Part shown: positions 1-8,145 of the stretch, in pieces
How the letters are laid out: every line of letters starts with the position of its first letter
Position numbering within the stretch: the stretch's first letter is position 1
Origin: Alphaproteobacteria bacterium
Lineage (GTDB): Bacteria > Pseudomonadota > Alphaproteobacteria > Rs-D84
Assembly (NCBI GenBank): GCA_050943575.1
Contig: JBMNPL010000001.1
Location: forward strand, 23,336-87,335
DNA length: 64,000 bases
Direction: 5' to 3'
Notes under the pieces: model-generated
What the model saw: only the letters and a program-made list of their open reading frames with translations
What the model was told of the DNA's origin: nothing
Database searches by the model: none
Translations under genes and position numbers: made by a program

Positions 1-801
1 TCGTTTTACTTTAGCGCCAAATTCTTGGGCGATTAATTCTGCGGTGTCGGCATCAATAGATTGGTTTTGTGATGCCATCATACCTAATTCCATTAATTTT
101 TTAATAACATTTCCTACTTTTTCAGCCATTGCAGCTGCTAAATCTTTCACAACAATAGAATCGCCCAATACAATTTCATGAACAATTTTCTTTGGCGCGC
201 TAAATTTTGCGCGTGCTTTTTCACGAAAACGTTTTAACGAAGCTTCGGATCTGCGACGATTTGAACCACGTATTTCAATTTCTTCATCTTCATTATCACC
301 AATGACTATATCGTGAATTGATATTTTACCTTTGTAAAAATCTCTATTTTTACGTCCAAAATCACTTTTGCGATTATCTTCGTCAGATTCACGAATGTTT
401 TTTTGAGAGGTTTTAAAACTTTTTTCAAAATTTCTATTATTCTTTACAGAAGTTTGTTTGTCTATTTCTTCATCACTAAATTCTTTTGCGGAAAGTCGCT
501 CTTTAATTTCTTCGTATTCTTCAGCTTCGCGAATAATTTCAGCCTCTCTAGCAGCGCGAGCCGATGCTTCTTTTGCTTCACGTATTCGACGTTCTTCCTC
601 GCGTGCTTTGGCAGCTTCTAGGACCGCACGTAATTTTTCATCGGCAGCATTTTTAGTAACATTTGGCTTTTTTGGCTCATCTCGTAATTCAAGGTTGCCA
701 GGCGCAACAATGCGTCGACGACGTTCTACAAAAACAGCATCGCCCTTTTTGCTTTTAACCGCATCTGTTGTTACTGATTTACCTAGTGTAAGTGTCGCCA
801 T
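1..801 (-). CDS. infB: translation initiation factor IF-2, N-terminal part; gene continues beyond window start
   Basis: Minus-strand ORF is open from the ATG at 801 to position 1. Translation gives a Lys/Glu/Arg-rich N-terminal region ending ...SIDADTAELIAQEFGAKVKR, typical of IF-2. Lies immediately downstream of nusA, as in the conserved nusA-infB operon. Confidence 0.85.
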   Translation of the reverse strand, partial: MATLTLGKSVTTDAVKSKKGDAVFVERRRRIVAPGNLELRDEPKKPNVTKNAADEKLRAVLEAAKAREEERRIREAKEASARAAREAEIIREAEEYEEIKERLSAKEFSDEEIDKQTSVKNNRNFEKSFKTSQKNIRESDEDNRKSDFGRKNRDFYKGKISIHDIVIGDNEDEEIEIRGSNRRRSEASLKRFREKARAKFSAPKKIVHEIVLGDSIVVKDLAAAMAEKVGNVIKKLMELGMMASQNQSIDADTAELIAQEFGAKVKR

Positions 802-823
802 TATTTTCTATCCTTAATTTTTT

Positions 824-2380
824 TTATTCTTCGTCATTAGTTATTCCGAATGCTATTTCACGAGCTTTCATAATAACGCGCTCTGCTAATTTTTCTGACA
901 TATTATCTTCACCCAGAATTTCTACTAATTCATCAGAAGCTAAATCTGCCAAATCTGCCAAAGTATTTATTCCAGCAGCACCTAACTTCATTATAACCGG
1001 ACGTTTAACAAAGTCAAAGTTTAACAAATCATCTTTTATTCCTAATTTACGTCCCTGTTCAAAATAATCATGTTCTAGTTTTTCCAGATAAGCTTTGGCG
1101 CGTGTTTGTAATTCTGATACCAGTTCTGAATTAAAGCCTTCAATGCTTTCTAGTTCTTGTGTTTCAACAAAAGCAATTTCTTCAATTGTTCTAAAACCTT
1201 CGGTTATTAATAAATGTGCTATCATTTCATCAACATCTAAACCGCGTATAAACAATTCTGTTTTTTCTTTAAATTCTTTAGCACGTCGTTCTTGTTCTTC
1301 TGCTTCACTCATAACATCAATATTCCAACCGGTTAATTGTGATGCCAATCTAACATTTTGACCACGACGACCGATGGCTAAACTTTGTTGATCTTCATTT
1401 ACAACTACTGCAGCAGTGTGTTTATCTTCATCGATTATAATTTTTGCAACTTTAGCTGGTTGCATAGCATTTACTATAAATACAGCAGGATCCTCACTAT
1501 AAAGAATAACGTCTATTTTTTCTCCATGACATTCATTAATAACTGGTTGAATTCGTGTTCCTTTCATACCAACAGTCATTCCAACCGCATCAACAGATGG
1601 ATCGTCAGTTTGGACAGCAATTTTTGCGTGTGATCCTGGGGCACGAGCAACAGATTTAATTTTTATAATACCTTCGTAAATTTCAGGAACTTCTTGAACA
1701 AATAATTTTTCCATAAATATAGGATGTGTTCGGGTTAAAAATATTTGAGGACCGCTATTACTGCGGGCAACATCCATAATTAATGCACGAACACGATCAC
1801 CAATATTTAATCGTTCGCCTGGAATTAGTTCAGTTCCGCGTATATACCCTTCGGCTTTACCATTAATATCGACAAAAACATTGCCAAATTCAATACGTTT
1901 AACAACACCACTAATTATATCGCCAATATTATCTTTAAATTCTTCAAATTGACGTCCTTTTTCAGCATCACGAACACGTGCGGTCATAATTTGACGTGCT
2001 GTTTGAAATGCCATACGACCAAATTCTGGTTCAGGTAATGAATCTTCTATTATGTCACCAATTTGCGGATTTTTAGAATATTTACTAGCTTGTTCAACAG
2101 TTAGCATAGTGTTTGGATTATATAAAGATTCTCCAAAATCGTCTGTTCCTACGGTTTCTGGAGATTGAATTACTTCAAATAAACGTCGAACATGTATCGC
2201 ACCGTTTTTACGATCAATGTTTGCGTTTATATTAAATTCTTCACCATATTTTTGTTTTGCTATTTTAGCTATGGCTGATTCTAAAGATTCAAACACGATT
2301 TCGCGTTCAATTTGCTTTTCTTGGGCCAAGTTTTCAATAGCTAGCAATAAATCTTGACGTGGCATGGACACAAACGACAT
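824..2380 (-). CDS. nusA: transcription termination/antitermination factor NusA
   Basis: 518-aa ORF with NusA N-terminal, S1 and KH regions (e.g. ...GDRVRALIMDV...). infB lies directly downstream. Confidence 0.95.
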   Translation of the reverse strand: MSFVSMPRQDLLLAIENLAQEKQIEREIVFESLESAIAKIAKQKYGEEFNINANIDRKNGAIHVRRLFEVIQSPETVGTDDFGESLYNPNTMLTVEQASKYSKNPQIGDIIEDSLPEPEFGRMAFQTARQIMTARVRDAEKGRQFEEFKDNIGDIISGVVKRIEFGNVFVDINGKAEGYIRGTELIPGERLNIGDRVRALIMDVARSNSGPQIFLTRTHPIFMEKLFVQEVPEIYEGIIKIKSVARAPGSHAKIAVQTDDPSVDAVGMTVGMKGTRIQPVINECHGEKIDVILYSEDPAVFIVNAMQPAKVAKIIIDEDKHTAAVVVNEDQQSLAIGRRGQNVRLASQLTGWNIDVMSEAEEQERRAKEFKEKTELFIRGLDVDEMIAHLLITEGFRTIEEIAFVETQELESIEGFNSELVSELQTRAKAYLEKLEHDYFEQGRKLGIKDDLLNFDFVKRPVIMKLGAAGINTLADLADLASDELVEILGEDNMSEKLAERVIMKAREIAFGITNDEE

Positions 2381-2396
2381 TTTTAACTCCTCTTGT

Positions 2397-2432
2397 TAAA
2401 AGAGCGGGGTTTTTTGAACCCCGCTCTTAAAA
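2397..2432. terminator. perfect GC-rich inverted repeat (aagagcggggtt / aaccccgctctt) between argS 3' end and nusA 5' end
   Basis: 12-bp perfect stem with 6-nt loop, flanked by A/T runs on both strands. Probable argS terminator, or attenuator for nusA. Confidence 0.5.
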
Positions 2433-2504
2433 ATTTATTTAAGAACAAGTTAATGTTACACATAAAAATGTATAAAAGCAAGATTTTTTTCAAATTAATT
2501 CTAA

Positions 2505-4202
2505 TTACATTTCAGATGGTATTTTTAATCCCATTAAATCAATAGCTGTGTATAATGTTTGGTAAGCATTTTTAGCTATTTGCAATCTATATTCACGGGT
2601 TTGCTCATTAACATCATCACGTAAAATTGGGCATTCGTGATAAAAAGTATTTATCAATTGGCATAAATCGTAAGTGTAATTTGCAAGAATATTTGTCGCG
2701 CGACAATCAAATGCAAATTGGATAATACGATTAAAGTCCAAAATTTTTAAAATCAAACTACGTTCAATTTCGCTTAGTTTATAATTATATTCAAGTTTAA
2801 TTTTTGTTATTTCGTTTTTATTTTTTCGCAATATACTTTTTAATCTGACAGCGGTATATAAAATATATGGTCCTGTACGACCTTCAAATTGAACAACATC
2901 ATCAGCATCAAAAATATAATCTGATTTTACATCATGTATTAAATCATTAAACTTTAATGCAGCTATTGCTATCATTTCAATAGTTTCTTTTGGTAATTTT
3001 TTACCAGATTCTATAACACGTTTATGTGCAGCATTATTTACAATTTCAATAATATCTAATAACCCAGCAGCATTGCCGTCCCTAGTTTTTAATGGGCCAT
3101 TTTTACCATTAATTGTTCCAAAATATTGATGTTCTAGTTGTTCAGGTTTAAATAATCCGATTTTATGTGCAACGCGAAACACTTGTTGAAAATGTAAAGT
3201 TTGACGCACATCAGTTAGATAAATAACACGATCTGGATTATCGTTTATTTTTCTGTAATATAATGCTGCTAAATCAGTCGCATCATAAGTATCCGCACCG
3301 CGAGAATTATAAAACATAAATGGTGGCATTGGCGCGGTATCGGTATCTTCACGTATTACTACGATTTGGGCACCATCAGATTCTTGTAGTAAATTTTTAT
3401 CACGTAGTAATTTTTCAACAGGTGCTAAATACTTTGATGCATTGGCTTCACCCAATGTATTATCAAATGGCAACATTCCTAAGCGATTGATAACATCATT
3501 CATTGCTTTTAATGATATTGGTATAAATGTGTTATAAAGAGCGGTCCATTTTGAGTCGCCATTTTGAAATTCGGCGGTAATTATTCTGGCGCGATCTAAA
3601 AATTCAGAGTTGTTTTTCGCATATTCTACAGCCATCGGGTAAAAACTATCCAGCTCTTTTGCGGTTATGTTTGTTATGGCATTTTTTTCAATCCATGCCA
3701 TAACTAATCCCATTGGTCGTCCCCAATCACCAATATGATTGTAAGATATTGTTTTATGCCCCAAGAATTTCGCAATACGATTTAAAGTATCACCAACAAT
3801 AGATGTGCGTAAATGTCCAATATGTAAGGTTTTTGCAACATTATATGCGCCATAATCTAAAACAATAGTTTCAGGATTGTTTATTTTAATATCTAATTGT
3901 TGATTTATATAGTTAAAAATAAACTCATCTTTTAATTTTATATTTATAAATCCTGGACCGGCAATATTGATTTCTGAAATAAAATCTAATTTTTTTAGAT
4001 AAGGTAAAATTATTTCCGCAATTTGTCGTGGAGATTTTTTTAATTGCTTAACTAAAATCATTGCGATATTTGTTGAAAAATCACCAAAAGATTTATCTTT
4101 TGGGATTTCTATAATTATGTTTGATAAATCTACTTTTAGTAGTTCTGGTATTGTTATTAATGTAGATTTAATATTATCAGATATAAATTGATAAAGATTC
4201 AT
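2505..4202 (-). CDS. argS: arginine--tRNA ligase
   Basis: 565 aa, class I HIGH motif (LHIGHLRTS), ArgRS-like N- and C-terminal anticodon-binding regions, ends ...SEM. Confidence 0.95.
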   Translation of the reverse strand: MNLYQFISDNIKSTLITIPELLKVDLSNIIIEIPKDKSFGDFSTNIAMILVKQLKKSPRQIAEIILPYLKKLDFISEINIAGPGFINIKLKDEFIFNYINQQLDIKINNPETIVLDYGAYNVAKTLHIGHLRTSIVGDTLNRIAKFLGHKTISYNHIGDWGRPMGLVMAWIEKNAITNITAKELDSFYPMAVEYAKNNSEFLDRARIITAEFQNGDSKWTALYNTFIPISLKAMNDVINRLGMLPFDNTLGEANASKYLAPVEKLLRDKNLLQESDGAQIVVIREDTDTAPMPPFMFYNSRGADTYDATDLAALYYRKINDNPDRVIYLTDVRQTLHFQQVFRVAHKIGLFKPEQLEHQYFGTINGKNGPLKTRDGNAAGLLDIIEIVNNAAHKRVIESGKKLPKETIEMIAIAALKFNDLIHDVKSDYIFDADDVVQFEGRTGPYILYTAVRLKSILRKNKNEITKIKLEYNYKLSEIERSLILKILDFNRIIQFAFDCRATNILANYTYDLCQLINTFYHECPILRDDVNEQTREYRLQIAKNAYQTLYTAIDLMGLKIPSEM

Positions 4203-4220
4203 TTATAAATATTCCATTAT

Positions 4221-4246
4221 TTAAAAAACCGCGCCATGCGCGGTTA
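4221..4246 (-). terminator. rho-independent terminator downstream of rpmG
   Basis: aaccgcg-ccatg-cgcggtt hairpin followed by a T-run on the minus strand. Confidence 0.6.
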
Positions 4247-4248
4247 AT

Positions 4249-4431
4249 TTACGATGGCATTTTTGTTTCTGTAAATATAACATGTTTACGAAGTTTTGGA
4301 TCGTATTTACGCATTTTTAATTTGCCTTGGGTATTTTCAGATTTTGTATTTTTTGTTTTTGTATAAAAATATCCAGTTTCTGGATTATTCATTTTTATAA
4401 CAATCTTTGACCCTTTTTTCTTATTTGCCAT
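4249..4431 (-). CDS. rpmG: 50S ribosomal protein L33
   Basis: 60 aa; ...TGYFYTKTKN...KLKMRKYDPKLRKHVIFTE matches the bL33 pattern. Confidence 0.9.
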   Translation of the reverse strand: MANKKKGSKIVIKMNNPETGYFYTKTKNTKSENTQGKLKMRKYDPKLRKHVIFTETKMPS

Positions 4432-4589
4432 TTTAATAACCTTTTATTTTTAGTGATTTTATTTTAAGACATGATTTATTGAAAATCAATCAAAATTTTA
4501 ATTAGTTTATTAATATGGTAAATTAAGTAATTATTAGTTGTTTTTATAAAACTATATAGTTACAATTTATCAACCAAAAAGGTTTATAT

Positions 4590-6176
4590 ATGATAAAAAA
4601 TATTTACGAAATGTTATACAAAGCATGCACAGAAAATAGCGCACGCATATTTTTTGTTCGTCAAGGTGAAACATATAAAGATTTATTAACAGCGGTAAAA
4701 AAACGTGCAGTTTTATTGGCAAAAAAGTTTAATATTAAAAAAGGTGATGTGGTTGCAATTTTATCTGGAAATACTCCAGATTTTATAAAATCTTATTTTG
4801 CAATTGTTTCTCAGGGAGCGAAAGCACTTATGTTGGATACAGGGTTATCATCATCAGAGCATCTGAATATGATGAAATATACAGATTGTAAATTGGCATT
4901 AGCTCAAAAAGCGTATTTTATAGATGGTGGGCCACAAATGTTTGATATTGAGACATTAGATTCTGCAGATGAAAATGATTTTATTGCGACAGATGTGCAT
5001 CTAAATGATTTAGCTATGTTATCATTTACCAGTGGTTCAACTGGGAATCCAAAAGTTGTTGGATTAACACATAGTAATATTGTGTCATTAGGTGAAGGTT
5101 CAAAATTTTATAACCCTGTAATTCATCCTGGGTATATGTTTTATGGTTTTTTACCTTTATATCATATTTATGGTGTGGTTATAAATATCATTTCTCCTAT
5201 ATCTTTAGGGTGTTCGCTATTATTACAACCTGTTTTGAACCCGAAAGAATTTATTAAAGATTTTCAAAAATATAAACCAGAAGTTATTCCTGCGGTACCA
5301 CGCGTATGGGAAGGGTTTTATAAAAAAATTATAGACGGATTAAAACAAAAGCGAGTTTATTGGTTAGTGCGTACTGTTGTTGGGTTACGTAGTTTTTTTA
5401 ACTTTATTGGTTTAGGGGCACTAGTCAAAAAAGTTACACAACCAATTCATAATATTTTTGGCGGACGAGTTAAAGTTTTGGTTTCAGCTGGTGCAACATT
5501 AAAGCCAAGAGTTCGAGAGTTTTTTGAAAAATTAGGTTTTGTAGTCGGTGATTGTTATGGTTTAACAGAAACTACAGGTCCTGCATATTTTAATTTTCAA
5601 TTTAAATTACCAAATGGCAAAACTTATTATGCTGGACCATTACCAGATAATGAAATAAAAATTCATAATCCGGATAAAGAAGGTGTTGGTGAAGTTTGGG
5701 TTCGTGGTAGTTTAGTTATGCCATGTTATATCGGGAACAATGAGGCTAATGTTGAATCTTTTGAAGATGGTTGGTTTAAAACGGGAGATCTAGGAAAATT
5801 TGATAATAAAAAGCGTTTGATAATAAAAGGGCGTAAAAAGCAAGTTATAGTTTTGGAAAATGGTAAAAATATTTATCCTGATGAATTAGAAGATTTATAT
5901 CTACAAAATGACGAAATATTGGCAGCCGCAATTTTAGAACGAGTAATAAATGGCAAAATTGTTGCATATGGTGTGTTTCAAGTAAAATCTGGTACAAGTG
6001 TTTCAAAGGTTTCGTTATTATTAAAAGCATCAAATTTGATGATTGCACCATATAAATGGGTTACACATTTTGCAATAACCGAAGAAGAACTACCAATGAC
6101 CAGCGCAAAGAAAATAAAGCATCATGAAATATCAGCTATGTTGGATAGAGGTGAATTTAAAAACTTGTCGGATTGA
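4590..6176 (+). CDS. AMP-dependent synthetase/ligase (long-chain acyl-CoA synthetase-like)
   Basis: 528 aa with AMP-binding motifs FTSGSTGNPKVV and CYGLTETTGP. Confidence 0.85.
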   Translation: MIKNIYEMLYKACTENSARIFFVRQGETYKDLLTAVKKRAVLLAKKFNIKKGDVVAILSGNTPDFIKSYFAIVSQGAKALMLDTGLSSSEHLNMMKYTDCKLALAQKAYFIDGGPQMFDIETLDSADENDFIATDVHLNDLAMLSFTSGSTGNPKVVGLTHSNIVSLGEGSKFYNPVIHPGYMFYGFLPLYHIYGVVINIISPISLGCSLLLQPVLNPKEFIKDFQKYKPEVIPAVPRVWEGFYKKIIDGLKQKRVYWLVRTVVGLRSFFNFIGLGALVKKVTQPIHNIFGGRVKVLVSAGATLKPRVREFFEKLGFVVGDCYGLTETTGPAYFNFQFKLPNGKTYYAGPLPDNEIKIHNPDKEGVGEVWVRGSLVMPCYIGNNEANVESFEDGWFKTGDLGKFDNKKRLIIKGRKKQVIVLENGKNIYPDELEDLYLQNDEILAAAILERVINGKIVAYGVFQVKSGTSVSKVSLLLKASNLMIAPYKWVTHFAITEEELPMTSAKKIKHHEISAMLDRGEFKNLSD

Positions 6177-6187
6177 TTAAGTTAATA

Positions 6188-6218
6188 AAAAAGACGATAT
6201 TTAAATATCGTCTTTTTG
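6188..6218 (+). terminator. rho-independent terminator of the acyl-CoA ligase gene
   Basis: aaagacgatat-ttaa-atatcgtcttt hairpin followed by a T-run. Confidence 0.7.
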
Positions 6219-6233
6219 ATGTTTTTTTTTAAT

Positions 6234-6776
6234 TTATCTTGTTTCGTATACCATATCTATATCTTTTATTTTTGATTCATTTGTCCATGCACTATTAGAA
6301 TCTGATATCCGCATTCCTGATGATAATTGTTCAGCTTCTTTCATATCCATATCTCTTATTCGCATTCCTGATGACAAATTTTCTTGCGGTGCCATATCTA
6401 TATCTTCTAAGCGTCCTGTGTTTTGTATACAGCAACTTCTTTGCAAATTGATAATTTGTCGTTGTAAATCAATAATTTGTTGTTGTAAATCAGTTATTTG
6501 TTGTTGAACACCATCATCTGTTCTATTTAACTGAGTTCTTAATGCTGATTGTTCTTTTTGTATTAATCTTAAATCATCTTTTAATCCTAAATCATCATGC
6601 CTTAATTTTGCAATTTCTTTCGTTTGTGGTTTTGCATCAATATTAGAATATATGATTTTACCTGCTTCTTTAGCATTAGAATCAAAGTTTTTATTCATTT
6701 TCATTACTGGCATACTTGCAGTTGCGACACCACAAATAGACATTATTAATGCGAATATTGATAGTTTTTTTAACAT
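6234..6776 (-). CDS. secreted coiled-coil protein, paralog 1 of a tandem triplicated family
   Basis: 180 aa. N-terminal signal peptide MLKKLSIFALIMSICGVATASMP is conserved with the two neighbouring genes. Coiled-coil heptads (DLQQQIIDLQRQIINLQ). Internal repeat LSSGMRI[RS]D near the C-terminus. RBS aaggaaag upstream. Confidence 0.7.
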   Translation of the reverse strand: MLKKLSIFALIMSICGVATASMPVMKMNKNFDSNAKEAGKIIYSNIDAKPQTKEIAKLRHDDLGLKDDLRLIQKEQSALRTQLNRTDDGVQQQITDLQQQIIDLQRQIINLQRSCCIQNTGRLEDIDMAPQENLSSGMRIRDMDMKEAEQLSSGMRISDSNSAWTNESKIKDIDMVYETR

Positions 6777-6813
6777 TGTTTTCTTTCCTTTGTTTATATA
6801 AGTTCAGTTATTA

Positions 6814-6842
6814 ATTTTATCATAATTAAATGGCGATTCCAA
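6814..6842 (-). promoter_or_regulatory. sigma70-like promoter of paralog 1 (-35 TTGGAA, 17-nt spacer, -10 TAAAAT)
   Basis: Same box sequences and spacing are conserved upstream of all three paralogs. Confidence 0.4.
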
Positions 6843-6865
6843 GAATATAAATTAATTTATTAAAC

Positions 6866-6893
6866 AAAAACACCTCATTTGAGGTGTTTTTTA
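6866..6893 (-). terminator. hairpin terminator downstream of paralog 2
   Basis: aaacacctca-ttt-gaggtgttt followed by a T-run (read on the minus strand). Confidence 0.5.
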
Positions 6894-6912
6894 TAAACAT
6901 ATTTGATTATTT

Positions 6913-7245
6913 TTATTTATGATATTCATTAACTTGTTGTTGCAAATCAATTAATTGTTGTTGTACACCATTTATCATGGCTCTTAATTCGTCATTTGTT
7001 TCTTTTATTTTAGCAATTTGAGCTTCTAAATCAGAAGTTCTTTTGTCTATTGATGATATATCGCTTTCTATTCTAGAAAGATCAAGATTATTAGTTTTAT
7101 CCTTTTTATTAGGGGTTTTGTTAACAATTTCAGTTTTTTTAAGATCTGGTGATTTCATTTTTATTGTTGTTGTTGTTGGCATACCTGCTGTTGCAATGCC
7201 GCAAACAGACATTATTAATGCAAACATTGATATTTTTTTTAACAT
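6913..7245 (-). CDS. secreted coiled-coil protein, paralog 2
   Basis: 110 aa. Signal peptide MLKKISMFALIMSVCGIATAGMP. Coiled coil VQQQLIDLQQQVNEY. RBS aggagaaacc. Confidence 0.7.
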   Translation of the reverse strand: MLKKISMFALIMSVCGIATAGMPTTTTIKMKSPDLKKTEIVNKTPNKKDKTNNLDLSRIESDISSIDKRTSDLEAQIAKIKETNDELRAMINGVQQQLIDLQQQVNEYHK

Positions 7246-7272
7246 GGTTTCTCCTCTTTTGTTCAGTTGTTA

Positions 7273-7301
7273 ATTTTATCATAATTAAGCTGTAATTCCA
7301 A
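7273..7301 (-). promoter_or_regulatory. sigma70-like promoter of paralog 2 (-35 TTGGAA / -10 TAAAAT, 17-nt spacer)
   Basis: Conserved boxes. The -35 box sits in the loop of an AT-rich inverted repeat spanning 7278-7313. Confidence 0.4.
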
Positions 7302-7320
7302 ATTAATTATGATAAATGTT

Positions 7321-7638
7321 TTATTTTCCCCCGCCATCAAGTTTATCTACTCTCTCTTTTAAATTATTAACTGTTACACTTAAATCATTTATTTGTTTTT
7401 CTAAACTGTTTATTTTTGAAAAATCTATTTTGGATATTTTTCTTTTTATAGTCTCTATTTCTTGTCTTATATCTTTAGTACATTTTTCGCATTCATCTTT
7501 ATTAATAACTGTTGATTGGTTTGCTCCAGCAACTTTAGGTTCTTTGAGATTAAAATCTGTTTTCATTACTGGCATACCTGCTGTTGCAATACCGCAAACG
7601 GACATTATTAGTGCAAATATTGATAATTTTTTTAACAT
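7321..7638 (-). CDS. secreted coiled-coil protein, paralog 3
   Basis: Start set at the internal MLKKLSIFALIMSVCGIATAGMP (ATG at 7638, preceded by RBS gagggagaaa), not the longer ORF start at 7677. Coiled coil LEKQINDLSVTVNNLKERVDKL. Confidence 0.7.
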   Translation of the reverse strand: MLKKLSIFALIMSVCGIATAGMPVMKTDFNLKEPKVAGANQSTVINKDECEKCTKDIRQEIETIKRKISKIDFSKINSLEKQINDLSVTVNNLKERVDKLDGGGK

Positions 7639-7667
7639 AAGTTTCTCCCTCTTTTGTTCAGTTGTTA

Positions 7668-7696
7668 ATTTTATCATAGTTAAGAGATAATTCCAA
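7668..7696 (-). promoter_or_regulatory. sigma70-like promoter of paralog 3 (-35 TTGGAA / -10 TAAAAT)
   Basis: Same conserved elements and spacing as the other two paralogs. Confidence 0.4.
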
Positions 7697-7760
7697 GAAT
7701 TTATTAAATAAAAAACACCCTATTTTAGAGTGTTATATATTTTTTAATACTGAAATATAT

Positions 7761-7836
7761 TGGTGGATGATGAGGGACTCGAACCCCCGACCCTCTCGGT
7801 GTAAACGAGATGCTCTACCAGCTGAGCTAATCATCC
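7761..7836 (-). tRNA. tRNA-Val (anticodon TAC)
   Basis: Minus-strand cloverleaf: GGATGAT acceptor, TAGCTCAGCTGGTAGAGCA D-arm, anticodon loop TTTACAC, GGTTCGAGTCC T-arm, encoded CCA. Close match to canonical bacterial tRNA-Val(UAC). Confidence 0.9.
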
Positions 7837-7845
7837 ATATTTAAG

Positions 7846-8145
7846 TTATTCTGGCAATGGCATACCAGCCGTCGCACTAGACATAACTTTATCAATTAAA
7901 TCATCCGCCTTGGATTTCGCATCGTTAAATGCTGCAGAAATTAAAGCAGTTATTGTTTCAATATCTTCTTTTATCAAATCTGGGCTCAAAGTCAACTTAA
8001 TTAAATCGTATTTGCCACTCATTTCAACAATTGCTAACCCATTACCTGCTATACCCTTGACACTAGATTTCTCTAATTGATTTTGGGCATCTGAAACTTT
8101 GCTTTGTAATTGTTTAGCTTGCTCCATCAATGCTTTCATATCCAT
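7846..8145 (-). CDS. ybaB: YbaB/EbfC family nucleoid-associated protein
   Basis: 99 aa; ...GNGLAIVEMSGKYDLIKLTLSPDLI...DIETITALISAAFNDA...GMPLP matches the YbaB pattern. Start codon overlaps the pnp stop (TAATG). Confidence 0.85.
   Translation of the reverse strand: MDMKALMEQAKQLQSKVSDAQNQLEKSSVKGIAGNGLAIVEMSGKYDLIKLTLSPDLIKEDIETITALISAAFNDAKSKADDLIDKVMSSATAGMPLPE

Noticed and set aside
403-817. Plus-strand ORFs 403..621 and 458..817
   Set aside because: Antisense shadows of the minus-strand infB coding region. Their low-complexity S/F/R-rich translations mirror the Lys/Glu-rich IF-2 N-terminus.
1095-1633. Plus-strand ORFs inside nusA
   Set aside because: Antisense to a confidently identified nusA. 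No RBS, junk composition.
7043-7690. Plus-strand ORFs 7043..7273 and 7316..7690
   Set aside because: Antisense shadows of coiled-coil paralogs 2 and 3. The minus-strand genes carry the RBS, signal peptide and promoter.
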